A stretch of DNA of 64,000 nt from an uncultured Bdellovibrio sp. (lineage in GTDB: Bacteria > Bdellovibrionota > Bdellovibrionia > Bdellovibrionales > Bdellovibrionaceae): positions 192,001 through 256,000 of the forward strand of contig CAWVRN010000001.1 of the NCBI GenBank assembly GCA_963932905.1. Direction: 5' to 3'. Below the pieces are notes generated by a model. That model was not told the origin of the DNA, made no database searches, and saw only the letters and a program-made list of their open reading frames with translations. Position 1 is the first letter of the stretch, and each line of letters opens with the position of its first letter. Shown piece after piece: positions 22,579 to 32,586 of the stretch. A program made the position numbers and the translations under genes.

Positions 22579-23267
22579 TACTCTAAAAACAACACTTTAA
22601 TGATGCTTTCTCCTACTTTGATTCGATCGCCGCTAATCAGAACTTGCGACTCAAAGACAGTATCATTCAACATAACACGACTTAAATCAAAGTTTACAAT
22701 ACGCGCGCCTTCCGGCGATGGAACAATTTTAAATGCTAATTCTGGTGCTTCCGCTTCATGCAAAGCAATGTCTAGCGACCAGAAACCAGCTGTACGGGGC
22801 CCGAATGTTAGAATCTTGCTCTCGTCTGTTTGAATACCCTGGATGAACTGAAGTTCTACTTTAGGGTTAAAGGCTGCTAAATCCTGAGGCGGCATAGTGT
22901 TTAAAGCGCTATGACTAATTTCGTCCGCCAGCAAATCTCGCCACGTTTTTGTGGGAAAGTACTCTTCCATCTGCTCGTCAGTGAAGACTTTAACGATGAA
23001 CTCAGTATTTCCCACCATAAACTTAGTTTCAGGGTAAAGGGCTACTTTTCTCACCACGGCGTCGTTGACGATAAGTCCATTTCTAGAATTTTGGTCGACA
23101 AGGATAGGAATTCCGGCTTCGTCAAATAGGACAGTGGCGTGTAATGTGGATACATTAGGGTCTTTAATTACGATATCGGCTTTCTTACGACCGACCGTCA
23201 TTTTATCGACTAATTTGAATACTTCACCTTTTTGAATTCCCTCAAGAATTTCAATAACTAAGCCCAT
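22578..23267 (-). CDS. FHA-domain protein (one canonical and one degenerate FHA)
   Basis: VGR...DPNVSTLHA...DQNSRNG; second FHA-like unit ending SGDRIKVG. Confidence 0.85.
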   Translation of the reverse strand: MGLVIEILEGIQKGEVFKLVDKMTVGRKKADIVIKDPNVSTLHATVLFDEAGIPILVDQNSRNGLIVNDAVVRKVALYPETKFMVGNTEFIVKVFTDEQMEEYFPTKTWRDLLADEISHSALNTMPPQDLAAFNPKVELQFIQGIQTDESKILTFGPRTAGFWSLDIALHEAEAPELAFKIVPSPEGARIVNFDLSRVMLNDTVFESQVLISGDRIKVGESIIKVLFLE

Positions 23268-23347
23268 ACTAATATCAGACCACTATTTAAATTTTTCGTC
23301 CAATAACTTTATCTTGAGGATGGACCAAAGCCATGATAGATCCTAGC

Positions 23348-23414
23348 TTCCTTGCTCATAGCTTTAGCAAACATTTTGCTTATTTCATTGGCCGTGGGCA
23401 CTAACCGAAAGGAA
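23348..23414 (+). promoter_or_regulatory. S6:S18 ribosomal-protein leader RNA
   Basis: TTCCTT-GCTCAT...GTGGGC-ACTAA-CCG-A-AAGGAA. The outer stem pairs with the SD, there is an inner stem, and the internal loop carries the diagnostic CCG. Confidence 0.75.
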
Positions 23415-23419
23415 CGAAA

Positions 23420-23863
23420 ATGAAGGTAAAGTACGAATATCCCAAGATTATTCACTTCTATGAAGGCGTGTTAATGCTACACCCTGACACGACAGCTGAA
23501 GAACAAAAAGAATTCTTTAAACGTAATAAAGAAATCCTAAAGTCTTTCTCTGGCGAGTATCATTCAGTAGAAACTTGGGGCAAAAGAACACTAGCGTACC
23601 CAATCGCTAAAATGAAAAAAGCGTTATATTTCCACGCTTTATTCAAATCTGAGCCGGCGGCTATCGCCGAACTTGAGCGTACAATGCGTATCAACGAAAA
23701 AGTTGTTCGCTTTATGCACACTCGTCTAGACGACCGAAAACCTCTAGCGAAGCACTCAGAAGATTTTAAAAATCAATTAAAAGTATCAGCGGAAAGAGAA
23801 CGCGAACGCGAAGCTAAGATCCAAGCACGTAAAGCTGCTAGGGCTGCTTCTATCGCTGAGTAA
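23420..23863 (+). CDS. rpsF: 30S ribosomal protein S6
   Basis: YEGVLMLHP, WGKRTLAYPI, ELER..RINEKVVRFM. Confidence 0.96.
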   Translation: MKVKYEYPKIIHFYEGVLMLHPDTTAEEQKEFFKRNKEILKSFSGEYHSVETWGKRTLAYPIAKMKKALYFHALFKSEPAAIAELERTMRINEKVVRFMHTRLDDRKPLAKHSEDFKNQLKVSAEREREREAKIQARKAARAASIAE

Positions 23864-24762
23864 TGACGTTAACGAAGGGTTCACTCTCTAGACTGTCTGT
23901 TATCTCGAGCATCGCTGTGTTGATGTCGTTGTTAACGGTAGTGTTTGGAACCCCCTTCCTTAGAGTTATTAGGAACGTATACGGTTCTTTGATATTTTGG
24001 GGTTTAGTATTTTTGTTTTTAGGCGGAACAACGCTGTTAAAAGCAGACTGGCTAAGTTTCGTAGTTGGGTCTGTGTGGATTACCACCGGAATCAGTTTAG
24101 AACTCGAGAAAAAGAAAGTTTCTTTTTTAACGAATTCGATACTGAGTTTAACTACTGGATTTATTCTGTGTGCGGCGGGGTTGTGGGGAGTTCTGAAACG
24201 CTTAGGGGTCAATGACCTAGCTCGAGCGACAGAATATTTCCAGGAGGCTGTAAAACCGTTAGTGAAGGGACAAATGAATCAGGAGCTGGATTACACCGCC
24301 TTGGTTCTACAAATGCCTTCCATGCTGTTTATAGCGCTTCTTCTAAGCTTAGCCATTGGATTTCTGATGGAACGTAGAATTCGCTTCTGGTTTCGACTAA
24401 CGAAGCAAGGCTATGTTTATAAGTTTGATTTTTTGAAGTTCAGAGTCAGCGATAAGTTAATATGGGTTGCCCTATTTTCCTTATTGTTCAGTGTTCTGGG
24501 TGGATTTGGTCCAAACTTTAAAGCATTAGAAACGGTGGGCTCGAATTTGGTGAATGTTTTTATAGTGGTTTATTTCTTTCAGGGATTAGCTGTTTTAGAA
24601 CACATTTTAATTCAAATCAGAGCCGGAGTATTTTTAAGAACCTTTAGTTATTTTATTTTTTTAGGACAATTATTTTTAGTTTTATCTATCGTCGGCTTTT
24701 TAGATTTTTGGTTCGACTTTAGATCAAAGATAAAAATAGGTATAAATAGGCAAGCCACCTAG
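23863..24762 (+). CDS. DUF2232/YybS family membrane protein
   Basis: Multi-TM, YFFQGLAV and GFLDFWFDFR motifs; typical position between rpsF and rplI. Confidence 0.85.
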   Translation: MTLTKGSLSRLSVISSIAVLMSLLTVVFGTPFLRVIRNVYGSLIFWGLVFLFLGGTTLLKADWLSFVVGSVWITTGISLELEKKKVSFLTNSILSLTTGFILCAAGLWGVLKRLGVNDLARATEYFQEAVKPLVKGQMNQELDYTALVLQMPSMLFIALLLSLAIGFLMERRIRFWFRLTKQGYVYKFDFLKFRVSDKLIWVALFSLLFSVLGGFGPNFKALETVGSNLVNVFIVVYFFQGLAVLEHILIQIRAGVFLRTFSYFIFLGQLFLVLSIVGFLDFWFDFRSKIKIGINRQAT

Positions 24763-24803
24763 ACAAACACAAACGGCGGGCCCTACGAGGAAAAGAGGAT
24801 TTT

Positions 24804-25247
24804 ATGAAAGTTATTTTACAAAAAGACGTTAAAGAATTAGGTCGCGCAGGCGATTTGTTAAATGTTTCTACTGGTTATTTTAGAAACTTTTTATTCCCAA
24901 AAAACTTAGCTATCGAAGCTACTGAAACAAAAGTTAAAGAATGGGAACACTTAAAGAAAGTATCTGAAGCTAAAAAAGCTAAAGCTATGGAAGAGAAAAA
25001 ACAGGTTGTTTCAAAATTGAATGGTTTATCTTTAACTTTCAAAGCAGTTGCTGGTGAAAGCGATAAATTATTCGGTGCTGTTACTCACGGTGATATCTCT
25101 AAAGAATTAGAAAAACAGGGTTTCTCTGTTGATAAACGTGACGTAGTACTTGAAGAGCCAATCAAAATTTTGGGTAAACACAAAGCTCAAGTTAAATTCT
25201 CTGAAGGTTTAGTGGCTGACATTTCTATCAACGTAGAAAGACAGTAA
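24804..25247 (+). CDS. rplI: 50S ribosomal protein L9
   Basis: MKVILQKDVKELG, GYFRNFLFP, KLFGAVT. Confidence 0.98.
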   Translation: MKVILQKDVKELGRAGDLLNVSTGYFRNFLFPKNLAIEATETKVKEWEHLKKVSEAKKAKAMEEKKQVVSKLNGLSLTFKAVAGESDKLFGAVTHGDISKELEKQGFSVDKRDVVLEEPIKILGKHKAQVKFSEGLVADISINVERQ

Positions 25248-25280
25248 TTAGTTACAAATTTTAATTAAATTTAAATATGG

Positions 25281-25312
25281 AAAAGGGATTCAATTTCTTG
25301 AATCCCTTTTTT
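25281..25312. terminator. intrinsic terminator after rplI (probably bidirectional)
   Basis: AAAAGGGATTCAA-TTTC-TTGAATCCCTTTT followed by further Ts. Confidence 0.85.
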
Positions 25313-25322
25313 GTTTTTACGA

Positions 25323-25778
25323 CTAGAAAAATACCTCTACGCCGCTATTGCATTTGTAGTAAGGCTGATTATCTAAACTGTAATAGCAATTGAGTTTCTT
25401 CGATTGGTAATAAGTTGCTCCGATCGCAATTTCTTTTACCGCAATTGCCTTGTAAGCCTCCATGAATTTAAAGAACTCATTGGAGTTTGGAATTTTCTTA
25501 TTCACGGTTTTGCCGTCAATTTCAAAATCTGCCGTGCACTTAAAATTTTTTATATCGCTACTGCCGTGAACGCATTCGATGTTGCTGGCTTCTATGGACA
25601 TCGGCGCTTTAAATTTAACTTTCGCATTTTTTGCGAGCATTAGATTCTCAAATATTGTTTGAGTTGCGACTAGGGAAATGTTGGGCGGAGGCGTGTAGCC
25701 CTCTTCGGGCACGACCACTTTGCGTGCGAAGGTCGTATTAGATACAAATAACGATAAAATCAAAATAGTGAATTTCAT
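25323..25778 (-). CDS. hypothetical secreted protein with 4 Cys
   Basis: Signal peptide ending TFA, AAGGAG RBS, two Cys pairs. Confidence 0.7.
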   Translation of the reverse strand: MKFTILILSLFVSNTTFARKVVVPEEGYTPPPNISLVATQTIFENLMLAKNAKVKFKAPMSIEASNIECVHGSSDIKNFKCTADFEIDGKTVNKKIPNSNEFFKFMEAYKAIAVKEIAIGATYYQSKKLNCYYSLDNQPYYKCNSGVEVFF

Positions 25779-25872
25779 GGGAGGTCTCCTTAATCAGTTA
25801 TCCTAATTACGAATGACCGCGCGAAATCTTAGTCTAGTTTTTTAAGTCGATTTATTTCAAGATGATCGTATC

Positions 25873-25904
25873 AAAAAGAAAAAGGGCTTTTTAACGGCCC
25901 TTTT
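25873..25904 (-). terminator. intrinsic terminator after the 70-aa gene
   Basis: Minus strand AAAAGGGC-N9-GCCCTTTT-TCTTTTT. Confidence 0.6.
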
Positions 25905-25931
25905 AATAACAACAATTTGGGTGTGAGATCG

Positions 25932-26144
25932 TTAGGCGTATTTAGCTTCGGCTTGAGCTTCTTCTTCTAGAATTAAAGCTTGCAAATAGTCCGCTAAAAC
26001 TTCGCGAAGTTGATCTAGTTCAAGAGTTTCTGGGTTCAAAGAATAATTCTGAATCAGTGTTCCCATTTGGCTATCGAAAAAGCCTTCATCCAATCCCGCC
26101 GTTTCTCTTAATTCTGCAATCAGTGTCGTCCCTTTTAGACCCAT
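25932..26144 (-). CDS. small acidic hypothetical protein
   Basis: GGAGG RBS upstream, helical acidic sequence, own terminator. Confidence 0.7.
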   Translation of the reverse strand: MGLKGTTLIAELRETAGLDEGFFDSQMGTLIQNYSLNPETLELDQLREVLADYLQALILEEEAQAEAKYA

Positions 26145-26376
26145 CGAAAAGCCTCCATGCTTTCTTCGCCCCTGCGGTGTGATCCGCTCATCTGTAGGAC
26201 ACCATCAGATTTTGTTTGGGTTAAGAATTTTTTATCGACGAGGAAAACAAATAACCTTTAGTCTAGCCTGGAACGCTAGACTTATAAGCAACTTTCATAG
26301 TGATTCTAAAAGTTCTCGTGATTTCTTGAAGCTAACTAAACGCACGTTAAGAAACCGTTAGATAGAAATCAGAGGA

Positions 26377-27780
26377 CTATGGATTTTGTCCGGGAGCGTG
26401 ATTTTTTGGACGATTGAAATGTTGGTTCGGTGGCACTTGCGGTGGAGGCAATGGATTCATTGATTCCACATCAGCATCACGGAATCTATTGAACTTAGCA
26501 TCAAAGCGCAGCTTCACAGTTCCCGTCGGACCATTACGTTGTTTACCAATAATAACTTCGGCATGTCCTGCTTTTTCTGGATCATCTTTATCGTAATAGT
26601 CATCACGATATAACATCATGATCACGTCGGCATCTTGCTCGATCGAACCCGATTCACGAAGATCTGATAACATAGGACGACGATCCGCACGACCCTCAAC
26701 CCCACGATTCAACTGCGCAAGTGCAATCACAGGGATACTTAATTCTTTTGCGATTACTTTTAACATTTTTGAAATTTCGGATACGGCTCGCTCGCGGCTT
26801 TCAACTTTCAATTTCAAATCCATTAACTGCAAGTAGTCGATCATAATACAGTCTATTCCATACTGAGCTTTCAAACGACGGCAACGCGCGCGAATCTCGA
26901 ATGGTGAAACACCCGACGTATCATCGATGAAAAGTTTAGATTCACTTAATTGCGAAGCGGCTGAAATTAATTTCGGCCAACTCGAATCTTGTACACGGCC
27001 AGTTCTGATTTCAGACATAGATACGCGTGATTCCGCAGAGAGCACACGCATCATAACCGCCTCTTTACCCATCTCGAGTGAAAAATATGCGCATGTCTTT
27101 TTCTGACGAAGTACAATATGAGACGCCACGTTCAAACTGAACGCGGTTTTACCCATCGACGGACGAGCCGCGATGATAGTTAATTCGCCAGGATGCATAC
27201 CTGCCGTCATTTTGTCTAATTCTGTAAATCCAGTGGCAATACCCGTGATGTCGGCTTGTTGTTGGTAAAGAGCTTCGATTTTCTTGATACTTTCTTTAAC
27301 GATATCCATCGAGCCAACAAGGCCGGAAGCGGCTTTCTTTTCACCGATCTTAAAAATATCCTGTTCGGCTTTATCTAATATAGTGTCGACTTCCATTTTT
27401 TCACTATTGTAAGCCGACTCGATAATTTCAGTACTCGTCGAGATTAATTTTCTAAGAAGTGATTTTTCTTTCACGATCTGAGCGTAGGTCGCAATATGTG
27501 CTGACGAGATAGTGCGCTCAAGAAGACTAGCTAGATAGACATAACCACCCACCGCATCGAATTCATTTCGTGAACGAAGAGCATCCGTTACCGTGACTAA
27601 ATCAATTGGGCGAGATTTAGAATTTAAATCTAAGATCGCTTGGTAAATTTTTTGATTTGCAGGAGAATAGAAGTCTTCCACCGAGATAATATCACCGATT
27701 TGGTCGAACGATTCTCTTTCGAGCATCAGACCGCCCAATATAGATTGTTCCGCTTCAAGATTTTGTGGTGGCAGACGCAC
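26377..27780 (-). CDS. dnaB: replicative DNA helicase
   Basis: PPQNLEAEQSILG, AARPSMGKT Walker A, IDYLQLM, SDLRESGSIEQDAD, KQRNGP. Confidence 0.98.
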   Translation of the reverse strand: MRLPPQNLEAEQSILGGLMLERESFDQIGDIISVEDFYSPANQKIYQAILDLNSKSRPIDLVTVTDALRSRNEFDAVGGYVYLASLLERTISSAHIATYAQIVKEKSLLRKLISTSTEIIESAYNSEKMEVDTILDKAEQDIFKIGEKKAASGLVGSMDIVKESIKKIEALYQQQADITGIATGFTELDKMTAGMHPGELTIIAARPSMGKTAFSLNVASHIVLRQKKTCAYFSLEMGKEAVMMRVLSAESRVSMSEIRTGRVQDSSWPKLISAASQLSESKLFIDDTSGVSPFEIRARCRRLKAQYGIDCIMIDYLQLMDLKLKVESRERAVSEISKMLKVIAKELSIPVIALAQLNRGVEGRADRRPMLSDLRESGSIEQDADVIMMLYRDDYYDKDDPEKAGHAEVIIGKQRNGPTGTVKLRFDAKFNRFRDADVESMNPLPPPQVPPNQHFNRPKNHAPGQNP

Positions 27781-27917
27781 TTAGTTTCCCCTTCCCTAAA
27801 CGCTCTTATAGAAATTTCACTATGCCATTGTTTTGGGCATACGTCATCCGGATTTGTTTGGATTTCTTTATTTTGAAAAGATTTTTTCCGGTGACGGTTT
27901 TGTGGTGTTTCACAAAA

Positions 27918-27966
27918 TAAAAAACGATGCCTGCGTTAACTCGTGATTGCGGGGCATCGTTTTTTA
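27918..27966 (-). terminator. intrinsic terminator after fis
   Basis: TAAAAAACGATGCC...GGCATCGTTTTTTA inverted repeat with T tract. Confidence 0.65.
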
Positions 27967-27996
27967 GATTTTTTAATTATAAGTAATATTTTAAAA

Positions 27997-28314
27997 TTAC
28001 TGTGGAGTTAAAAGAAGACCGGCTTTTTTAACTTTGATTTTGTAGTTATCGATTTTCTTTTTAAGAGTGTTACGGTTGATACCTAACATCTGTGCTGTTT
28101 TAACTTGGTTGCCATTATAAGCGCGTAATGCAAGTTCAAGAAGAGGTTTTTCAACTTGTTCAATGATCACGTTGTATAGACCATTAAGTTCTACTTGAGC
28201 TTCTTTTTGTTGCTGGAACAAAACTTCTAGTTTGCTCTTTACTAATTTTTCTAAACTTACTTGTTGAAGGTTTGCAACGAAAAGATTGTCTGAACTATTC
28301 AAATTCGGCGTCAT
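27997..28314 (-). CDS. fis: Fis family HTH protein
   Basis: LYNVIIEQVEKPLL...GNQVKTAQMLGINRNTLKKK. Confidence 0.85.
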   Translation of the reverse strand: MTPNLNSSDNLFVANLQQVSLEKLVKSKLEVLFQQQKEAQVELNGLYNVIIEQVEKPLLELALRAYNGNQVKTAQMLGINRNTLKKKIDNYKIKVKKAGLLLTPQ

Positions 28315-28392
28315 GGAGCTCCTACGATTTTCAAAATTTATGATTAAGTGTTAACGAGTGTTGTAGGTATATATAGAAAAAATTTTTTAAGG

Positions 28393-29031
28393 TCAAACGC
28401 CTCTTGCATCGTGAGCCCAAATTTTTTTGTGTAACTGAATTTGCATTCTAGCTATTGAATTTTTCGTCAGAATTCGCTCGGCAAGCCATCTTTCAGAGAC
28501 TTCCCCGTATGATGGGCTGTATAAAACTGTATATTTTCCGAATAAATCATGTTGACGACAAAATTCTTCTGACCATTCGAAGTCTTTTTCACTGCAAATG
28601 ACAAATTTGAACTCAGTCAACTCATTACTAAACGCCAAATTGGAAATAAGAAAGCTATCTGCGGCACCGCTGTCAGGAGTTTTTACATCAAGGATTGTTT
28701 TTACTTTCGGATTTACATTTTCAATTGACTTAGAACCGCTGGTTTCCAAAGACACTTGGTAATTTTGACTCACTAATAAGTCCATCAGTGGAAAAATTTC
28801 TTTTTGAAGCAGGGGCTCGCCGCCAGTTAGGCATACGTATTTAGTTTTATGTTTGGCGATCTCATTAAGTAGAGTTTCTGTTTCTTGAAATGCACCCTCG
28901 TAATATGAGTACTTTGTGTCACAGTAGGTACAGCGAAGGTTACAACCGGTCGTACGCACGAAAACGGTAGGATGTCCAACCCAGCTCGACTCCCCCTGGA
29001 TGCTGTAAAACACTTCGTTTATCTTTAACAT
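28393..29031 (-). CDS. queE: 7-carboxy-7-deazaguanine synthase (radical SAM)
   Basis: EVFYSIQGE, CNLRCTYCDT, LTGGEPLLQ, QLHK. Start taken at MLKINE. Confidence 0.9.
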   Translation of the reverse strand: MLKINEVFYSIQGESSWVGHPTVFVRTTGCNLRCTYCDTKYSYYEGAFQETETLLNEIAKHKTKYVCLTGGEPLLQKEIFPLMDLLVSQNYQVSLETSGSKSIENVNPKVKTILDVKTPDSGAADSFLISNLAFSNELTEFKFVICSEKDFEWSEEFCRQHDLFGKYTVLYSPSYGEVSERWLAERILTKNSIARMQIQLHKKIWAHDARGV

Positions 29032-29120
29032 ACAGAAATCTCTGGACTTTATTAGTGCTAAAGTCAAGGCGATGGATTTTGAAGCTACCTTCACCAATTA
29101 AAAAAAAGTAAAATTTATAA

Positions 29121-31487
29121 ATGCAGGCCTTATTCAAAAAATTTCAAAAAGACATCAAAGCTATCCTATTCATCGGTATCGCGGTTTTCATAGCCATGGC
29201 GTTATTCAGTTACTCGCCAAAAGATCCGTCGTTCAACTCTATGGGTAGTAAGCTAAGCCCAACAAACTACTGTGGCTGGCTGGGTTCATTTCTGGCTGAT
29301 TTATTCTATCAAGGTTTGGGGATTAGTTCATGGCTTATATCGTTTGCTTTCCTTAGGCTTGGAATCGGCACCCTGCGCGGTCAAGATGTTCGCCTGCGTA
29401 GTTTAAGTATCGTGTGGTTAACTCTGTTGATTGTGAATGTATCAGCACTGACTGCATTTTATTTTCCTCAGGCGCGCTTGTTTAACCATGAAATCTTTTT
29501 ATCGGGAATTATTGGGCTATCGGTTTCAAATGTTTTGTACAAACTTCTTAATTTTGCCGGCTTGCAGATCTTTTTATGGAGTAATCTGATTATCCTAGTG
29601 CTTTTCTACACAGAGAAAAGCCTTCAGCAATGGGGTGTTCTAGCGAAAAACCACACAAGCTTACTGGCCGCAGGTTTTATTGTGGTTAAAAAGTGGCTGG
29701 CATCCATGGCACCAGCTGCCGAGCCAAAAAATAAAGAGAAAAAAGCCAAAGCAGAAAAAGAAGCTAAGGCCAAAGACACAGTGGGCGCTGAATCTGACAA
29801 TTTAAGAGATTGGAATAATAAGGCTGAAGAGATCTCGAAGCTAACTCAACTGAATTTCTTTGATGAAGAGCCAGACACTGAAGAAGCCGTATTAGCACCT
29901 AAAGAGGACATAGACCGCATACCAAAACGAAAAGTGATTATGAAGGCGAAACCACCCAAAAAGATTGAAAACTGGGATATGCCGAAACTAAGCCTTCTAG
30001 AAGACCCGCCATTAACGCGTGTTAAGTTAGACGAGAAAGAGATTCGCAAAAAAGCCGAGATTTTAACTGATAAATTAAAGAATTTCTCTATTGAGGGTGT
30101 AATTACAGATGCTAAACCAGGGCCATTGGTAACAATGTTTGAATTCAAACCCAATGCGGATGTTAAGCTCAGCAAGATTACAGAACTGCAAGACGATTTA
30201 TCCCTAGCTCTATCTAGCGAATCGCTGCGTGTGATTGCACCAATCCCTGGGCGCGATGTGGTCGGTATTGAAACGTCTAATTCGCGACGTGAAACAGTAT
30301 ATTACAAAGACCTTCTGGCGGAAGACGCCTTCTGGAGTGATGAACTAAAACTCCCGATTGCCCTAGGTAGACAGGTGAACGGCGATGCAAAGATCGTAGA
30401 TTTAAGAAAAATGCCTCATTTAATGGTGGCGGGTACAACCGGTTCTGGTAAGTCGGTTTTAATTACGTCTATTATTAGTGGCCTCTTGTTCCGTCACTCT
30501 CCTAAAACACTTCGTCTGATTTTGGTGGATCCAAAACAAGTGGATTTGGCAGCGTTCTCTAAAGTGCCACATTTAATTATGCCACCAGTAACAGATCCTA
30601 AGAAGGCCGTTTCAGCATTGAAATGGGCTATTAGAGAGATGGAAAAGCGCTATAAATCCATGAGTAAATTCGGGGCTCGCGGTCTGGAGAGTTATAATGA
30701 AACGGTAGCTAATTTACCGGCAGACAAAATTGCGGAACACGAAAAAATAAATCAAGAATACGAAACTCAAGGCGTGATGAAGCTTGAGCAGTACTACTAT
30801 CAGCCACTTCCCTATATCGTTGTTGTAGTAGAAGAGTTTGGTGATTTGATGGCCGTGGACAAACAAAATGTTGAACACGGAGTAGTTCGTTTAGCGCAAA
30901 TGGCGCGTGCGTGCGGTATTCACTTGATTTTAGCAATGCAGTCGCCTCGTAAAGAAGTCGTTACTGGCCTTATCAAAACAAATATTCCAGGTCGCGTTGG
31001 CCTAAAAGTGGCTTCAAAAATGGATTCCAGAATTATCTTGGATGAGGGCGGGGCTGAACGTTTACTGCCAAATGGAGACATGCTGTTCTTGGCTCCGGGT
31101 GTATCGAAACCGATGCGCCATCATGGACCTTATTTAAGTGAAAAGGAAATCAATGGCCTGGCGGCCCACTGGTCAATGCAAGCAGAACCTGAGTTTGATC
31201 CCATTGCAGTCAAGGCGCTAGAGGGCGGATTTTCTGAGGGTGGTGGCGGCGGAGCTGGCGGTGATGAATATGGCGGCGGCGATGAGGACTATGACGAAAT
31301 GTATGATCAGATCCTAGCGTGGGCGGCGGAACAAAAAGAAGTCAGTGCGTCTTTGATTCAGCGACGATTCCGTTTAGGCTACCCGCGCGCAGCCCGTATA
31401 ATTGAAACCTTTGAACGCGAAGGCGTAGTTGGTCCGGCTAATGGCAGCAAGCCACGATCGGTACTGATTCACGCGATGCCAGAATAA
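29121..31487 (+). CDS. ftsK: DNA translocase FtsK
   Basis: N-terminal 4TM region, AGTTGSGKS, RLAQMARACGIH, gamma domain SASLIQRRFRLGYPRAAR. Confidence 0.97.
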   Translation: MQALFKKFQKDIKAILFIGIAVFIAMALFSYSPKDPSFNSMGSKLSPTNYCGWLGSFLADLFYQGLGISSWLISFAFLRLGIGTLRGQDVRLRSLSIVWLTLLIVNVSALTAFYFPQARLFNHEIFLSGIIGLSVSNVLYKLLNFAGLQIFLWSNLIILVLFYTEKSLQQWGVLAKNHTSLLAAGFIVVKKWLASMAPAAEPKNKEKKAKAEKEAKAKDTVGAESDNLRDWNNKAEEISKLTQLNFFDEEPDTEEAVLAPKEDIDRIPKRKVIMKAKPPKKIENWDMPKLSLLEDPPLTRVKLDEKEIRKKAEILTDKLKNFSIEGVITDAKPGPLVTMFEFKPNADVKLSKITELQDDLSLALSSESLRVIAPIPGRDVVGIETSNSRRETVYYKDLLAEDAFWSDELKLPIALGRQVNGDAKIVDLRKMPHLMVAGTTGSGKSVLITSIISGLLFRHSPKTLRLILVDPKQVDLAAFSKVPHLIMPPVTDPKKAVSALKWAIREMEKRYKSMSKFGARGLESYNETVANLPADKIAEHEKINQEYETQGVMKLEQYYYQPLPYIVVVVEEFGDLMAVDKQNVEHGVVRLAQMARACGIHLILAMQSPRKEVVTGLIKTNIPGRVGLKVASKMDSRIILDEGGAERLLPNGDMLFLAPGVSKPMRHHGPYLSEKEINGLAAHWSMQAEPEFDPIAVKALEGGFSEGGGGGAGGDEYGGGDEDYDEMYDQILAWAAEQKEVSASLIQRRFRLGYPRAARIIETFEREGVVGPANGSKPRSVLIHAMPE

Positions 31488-32341
31488 TGAAACGTTGTTT
31501 TGTTTTTCTTTTAGCAGCTAGCTTTATCGCCGGGTTCTCGCTCGCTGCTGGCACCAGTAAATCAGCTGCAAAGAAAGAAGACTCGGCAGCACAGTCCCGA
31601 GAAATTATAGAAATTGCGCAAAATCTTGTTCTGCAAAAAGACCGTGATCAAGCTATTCGCCTTCTCAACAAAGCACTTTTAACCGAGAAAAACAAAACAG
31701 TAGTTACGGAAATTCGATCGATTTTAAAGGACATCGGTAGCTTGTTTCTATTTGATAAATCACAGCAAGAATATGAGTCGAGTATTAGCTTTAAAAAAAC
31801 AGAGCCTAGTAAATGGCTCGCGTCAGTAGAGCGTGCCCAAAAGATTGAACCCGACAATACCTTGATTATGTTGGAACTGATTCGCAATCAGGTCGGTAAA
31901 AAGAATTTAGGTAAAGCTAAAGAGATACTAGAGGAGTTTCGCGTTAAAAATGCATTTGATAAAAACGTTATTTTAGCCGGAGTGTTTTTGGGTGTGGCTA
32001 GTTCCGACGGGAAAGACATTTCGATATTAAAAACGAGGGTTAAAGACCTACAACTTCCAAACTTCGCGGCCATTAACAGTTATATCGAGCTCCTGGAGCG
32101 GGTTTTAGCCGGCAACAAAGAAAAAGCGTTGCAAGCACTTGCGATCTGGAAGAAGGAGGATTCTCTAAATCCTCAGACTACTTACTGGGAAAAGCGCATT
32201 AATGGCAGTTCTAAACCGGACGACGAGCTTATCTGCGAGTCCTTCCCAGAGCATCTTTATAGACGCTATTATTACGACTTATTCTTTTGCTCTTCAGCAT
32301 TGGAGAACTTTTTTAAGTTCAAAGATGTCAACCAGCCCTGA
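31487..32341 (+). CDS. secreted helical/TPR-like hypothetical protein
   Basis: Signal peptide, helical repeats, translationally coupled to ftsK. Confidence 0.6.
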   Translation: MKRCFVFLLAASFIAGFSLAAGTSKSAAKKEDSAAQSREIIEIAQNLVLQKDRDQAIRLLNKALLTEKNKTVVTEIRSILKDIGSLFLFDKSQQEYESSISFKKTEPSKWLASVERAQKIEPDNTLIMLELIRNQVGKKNLGKAKEILEEFRVKNAFDKNVILAGVFLGVASSDGKDISILKTRVKDLQLPNFAAINSYIELLERVLAGNKEKALQALAIWKKEDSLNPQTTYWEKRINGSSKPDDELICESFPEHLYRRYYYDLFFCSSALENFFKFKDVNQP

Positions 32342-32360
32342 ACTATGTTAGATAGTTCAT

Positions 32361-32585
32361 ATGAAGGCACATGTACTATTTTTAGTTCTACTTTCTATTC
32401 TAACTTTTGAAACCGGCTGCGGCGTAAAAAGTAAACCATTGGCACCACTAAAAGAGCCGTGGATTTCAACTGGCGATATAGAAAAAGATAAAGAAAAAAA
32501 ATATAAGATAAAACGCCCAGCTCAACCGGCCGATGAACGCGCTGAATTCAATCCATCTTCCTCCTTTGATGAAAAAGAGCGATAG
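32361..32585 (+). CDS. small lipoprotein (LptM/YifL-like)
   Basis: TGCGVKSKPLAP resembles the CGxKGPLxP lipoprotein that precedes dapF in many Gram-negatives. Confidence 0.6.
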   Translation: MKAHVLFLVLLSILTFETGCGVKSKPLAPLKEPWISTGDIEKDKEKKYKIKRPAQPADERAEFNPSSSFDEKER

Positions 32586-32586
32586 A

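Noticed and set aside
26232..26260. Sigma-28-like TAAA...GTCGATAA on the minus strand
   Set aside because: The spacer is 17 nt, not about 15, and the -10 has a mismatch.
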